Below the pieces are notes generated by a model. That model worked only from the letters and a program-made list of their open reading frames with translations. It searched no databases and was not told where the DNA came from. Positions 61,870-64,000 of a stretch of DNA of 64,000 bases are shown one piece after another (positions within the stretch are counted from its first letter, which is position 1; every line of letters begins with the position of its first letter). The translations under genes were made by a program, and so were the position numbers. Source of the DNA: an uncultured Alphaproteobacteria bacterium (GTDB taxonomy: Bacteria; Pseudomonadota; Alphaproteobacteria; Methylaequorales; Methylaequoraceae); NCBI GenBank assembly GCA_902625895.1, contig CACODD010000002.1, forward strand, positions 20,785 to 84,784, written 5' to 3'.

Positions 61870-63210
61870 ATGAAATTGTGGATAAGTAGTAATATGGGAA
61901 AATTTGTAATAGGGTGTTTTATTTTTTTGATTGGTGTTGGATCATTTGTATCCGCGCAAGAAGAAAAAGATGAATTTATACCATATAATCTAAAAGCCGC
62001 ACTTAAGTCAGTTTTGAATAATCATAAGACCATATTGGCAACAAAAAGTGATATAGAGGCTGCTAAGTTGAGACTAAAACAATCCAAGGGTGGTTATTTT
62101 CCTTCGTTAGACGTTACAGCCAATTACGGACATGAAAATATTATAAAATATGGACCAGGAAATAACACACAATTGATGGGAAGGGACGCAACAGCAAAAA
62201 TAACTCAAACAATTACAGATTTTGGTTTGACAAAATCAACAGTAGAAACTTCAAGATTATCCTTAAAACAAACACGAGCAACTGAAACACAAATTAAAAA
62301 TGACATCTTATTAAGAGCAATTTCAGCGTACTTGAGAATTATACAATCAAGGGAAAGTGTTCGGTACGCAAGACAATCAGTTGCAAATATAAAAAAACAA
62401 ACTGAATTGGAAGATGCAGCAGTAACTGCGGGAGGTGGACTTACTTCGGATGTTCTCCAAGCAAAAACTCAATTAGCTGGTGCTCAGGCACGTTTAATTC
62501 AGTTTGAAGGTGTATTAGCCACATCTAGACATGAATTTGAATACGTTTTTAATTCATTTCCAGATAATTTAAATTCTTTGGTACTCCTCAAATCTGTTTT
62601 TGATAGATTACCTAATTCTCAAGAAGAAGCAGAGGAAATAACAATGAAAAATAATCCCTCACTGATTGCAGCAAGAATTACAGAAGATATTGGTAAAGAG
62701 GCAATAAATACAGCAAAATCCTCTCTTTTTCCAACAGTAAAAGGCATAGTAAGTCACTCAGAAAAACAAGATTTTGGTGGTGTTGTAGGATTCAAAAGAG
62801 AAACCTCTGCTAAATTAGATTTTGCATATCCATTAAATTTAAGCCTTTCAGAATATGCAGGAAAAGATGCAGCGGTTGAGTCCTATTTAGCTACATCTAC
62901 AAGAATAAGAGATCAAGAAGATATGATTAAACAAATGTTAAGAACTACATGGGACGGATTGAAAACAGCTCAACAAAATGCTCAATTTCTTACAAATCAG
63001 GCAAGAATTTCTGGTGAATTTTTAGAGCTTGCAAGACAAGAAAGACAAGCAGGAAACCGTACTCTACTTGATGTTTTAGGAGGTGAAACTGCTTTGATTA
63101 ACGCTCAAGCAGATGCAATTGCAGCCAAGATTGAGGTTCTCATAAATAGTTACACTCTATTGAGTTTAATGGGAGGACTTTCAATTGAATCAATTGAATT
63201 TGTTGAATAA
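61870..63210 (+). CDS. TolC-family outer membrane channel (second copy), likely type I secretion component
   Basis: Signal peptide (FIFLIGVGSFVSAQEE). 446 aa. Tandem halves with TolC-like coiled-coil segments (…LTSDVLQAKTQLAGAQARL…, …LLDVLGGETALINAQADAIAAK…). Confidence 0.7.
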   Translation: MKLWISSNMGKFVIGCFIFLIGVGSFVSAQEEKDEFIPYNLKAALKSVLNNHKTILATKSDIEAAKLRLKQSKGGYFPSLDVTANYGHENIIKYGPGNNTQLMGRDATAKITQTITDFGLTKSTVETSRLSLKQTRATETQIKNDILLRAISAYLRIIQSRESVRYARQSVANIKKQTELEDAAVTAGGGLTSDVLQAKTQLAGAQARLIQFEGVLATSRHEFEYVFNSFPDNLNSLVLLKSVFDRLPNSQEEAEEITMKNNPSLIAARITEDIGKEAINTAKSSLFPTVKGIVSHSEKQDFGGVVGFKRETSAKLDFAYPLNLSLSEYAGKDAAVESYLATSTRIRDQEDMIKQMLRTTWDGLKTAQQNAQFLTNQARISGEFLELARQERQAGNRTLLDVLGGETALINAQADAIAAKIEVLINSYTLLSLMGGLSIESIEFVE

Positions 63211-63266
63211 ATAAGGTCTTTTTAACTTTTAAAATATTAGTGTTTCGCCTATAGTTAAAACTGTAT

Positions 63267-64000
63267 ATGAAAGGAAATAGTCACCAAATAAATTTAAACG
63301 ACAGTGGTTCTTTAACTAAGATCTACGCTGGCAGCACCATTGACATTAATGGATTACCAAGTTGGTTACCAAAGGCAAATTTTTCAAAAACGCAAACAGA
63401 CCTCCTAATAACTTCACCTGCTGGCGATGAAATATTATTAGTAGATTTTTTTACAAACTTTGAACTTCCTTCACTCAAAACTGAAAACGGTTTATTACTT
63501 AAAGGCACTTTAATTGATACTTTATCTGGATCATTCACACCTGGACAGTACGCACAAGCCAATAATGCAAACTCACTTTCTATCGGAGAAGTTTCTAGTG
63601 TCACAGGAGAGGCTAAAGCAACTCGTTTGGACGGAACAACTGTAAATCTCTCAACTGGAGACCCAGTTTTTCAGGGTGATACTGTCGAAACTACTGGGGC
63701 AGGAGCGATTGGATTAGTATTTCTTGATAAAACAACTCTCTCATTATCGGAGGGAGGAAAAATGGTTTTAGATGAACTTGTATATGACCCGGCAACTGGA
63801 ACTGGAAGTATGGCCGTTGACATGGTTGAGGGAGCTTTCAGTTTTGTGAGTGGCGAGATTGCTAAAACTGGGCCAGATGCAATGAAAGTTTCAACACCGG
63901 TTGCAACTATTGGGATAAGAGGAACTACGGTTGCAGGTAAAGCTGCAGTTGAAGGCAATGAAAACTCCTTTACACTTCTACAAGACGCTGATGGAGGCGT
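63267..64000 (+). CDS. 5' end of an open-ended gene (partial, continues past the window). Candidate type-I-secreted large protein.
   Basis: The frame is open from the ATG at 63267 to the window end (244 codons, no stop). It is absent from the ORF track because it is unterminated. There is no signal peptide. The sequence is Gly/Thr/Ala-rich and contains GDPVFQGDTVETTGAGAIGLVFLDKTTLSLSEGGKMVLDELVYDPATGTG. Whether that block is diagnostic of the N-terminal retention modules of giant T1SS adhesins is from memory and unchecked; only ~244 aa are visible. Confidence 0.5.
   Translation, partial: MKGNSHQINLNDSGSLTKIYAGSTIDINGLPSWLPKANFSKTQTDLLITSPAGDEILLVDFFTNFELPSLKTENGLLLKGTLIDTLSGSFTPGQYAQANNANSLSIGEVSSVTGEAKATRLDGTTVNLSTGDPVFQGDTVETTGAGAIGLVFLDKTTLSLSEGGKMVLDELVYDPATGTGSMAVDMVEGAFSFVSGEIAKTGPDAMKVSTPVATIGIRGTTVAGKAAVEGNENSFTLLQDADGG

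Noticed and set aside
1-64000. CRISPR arrays, rRNA genes, IS elements/transposases, integrases, restriction-modification or toxin-antitoxin genes
   Set aside because: I saw no direct-repeat/spacer periodicity, no rRNA-like segments, and no DDE/tyrosine-recombinase motifs in any ORF. None is reported.

Overview
This window is very AT-rich (roughly 30% GC by eye) and gene-dense, with short intergenic spacers, many overlapping start and stop codons, and no rRNA, CRISPR array, transposase or integrase that I could recognise. The gene content and order look like a streamlined marine alphaproteobacterium; SAR11/Pelagibacterales-like is my inference only. The cues are the nickel superoxide dismutase sodN-sodX pair and the conserved alphaproteobacterial blocks argS-SPOR-nagZ-scpAB-tatABC-serS-pcm-nlpD, yajC-secDF, uvrA/ssb-gyrA-coaD, recG-sdhE-mfd and pcm-like-tolC-valS. 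Most of the window is core housekeeping: tkt, valS, ilvD, xth, erpA, dgt, argS, serS, secDF, uvrA, ssb, gyrA, coaD, recG, mfd, and tRNA-Asn, tRNA-Cys and tRNA-Lys. Four regions carry less ordinary content. (1) At 567-5258 an RND/MMPL exporter sits beside secreted SRPBCC and YVTN beta-propeller proteins. (2) At 7851-14180 an eight-gene minus-strand run of overlapping genes links a CysK/CBS-like enzyme, a tandem rhodanese, a cystathionine lyase/synthase-family enzyme, a secreted methyltransferase, an MTA/SAH-nucleosidase-like protein and a radical-SAM spore-photoproduct-lyase-like enzyme; immediately downstream an ATP-dependent DNA ligase overlaps a Cas4-like Fe-S nuclease. (3) At 14263-18758 a glycosylation/ABC-2 export cluster abuts the tRNA-Asn/tRNA-Cys pair. 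(4) The candidate I rate highest is at 58799-64000: a GAF-GAF-class III nucleotidyl cyclase whose stop codon overlaps the start of a eukaryotic-type (class I) HD cyclic-nucleotide phosphodiesterase-like gene, followed by a second TolC-family outer-membrane channel and the 5' end of an open-ended gene whose N-terminus lacks a signal peptide and may resemble the retention module of giant type-I-secreted adhesins. All functional calls are from motif recognition by eye. No database search was run.
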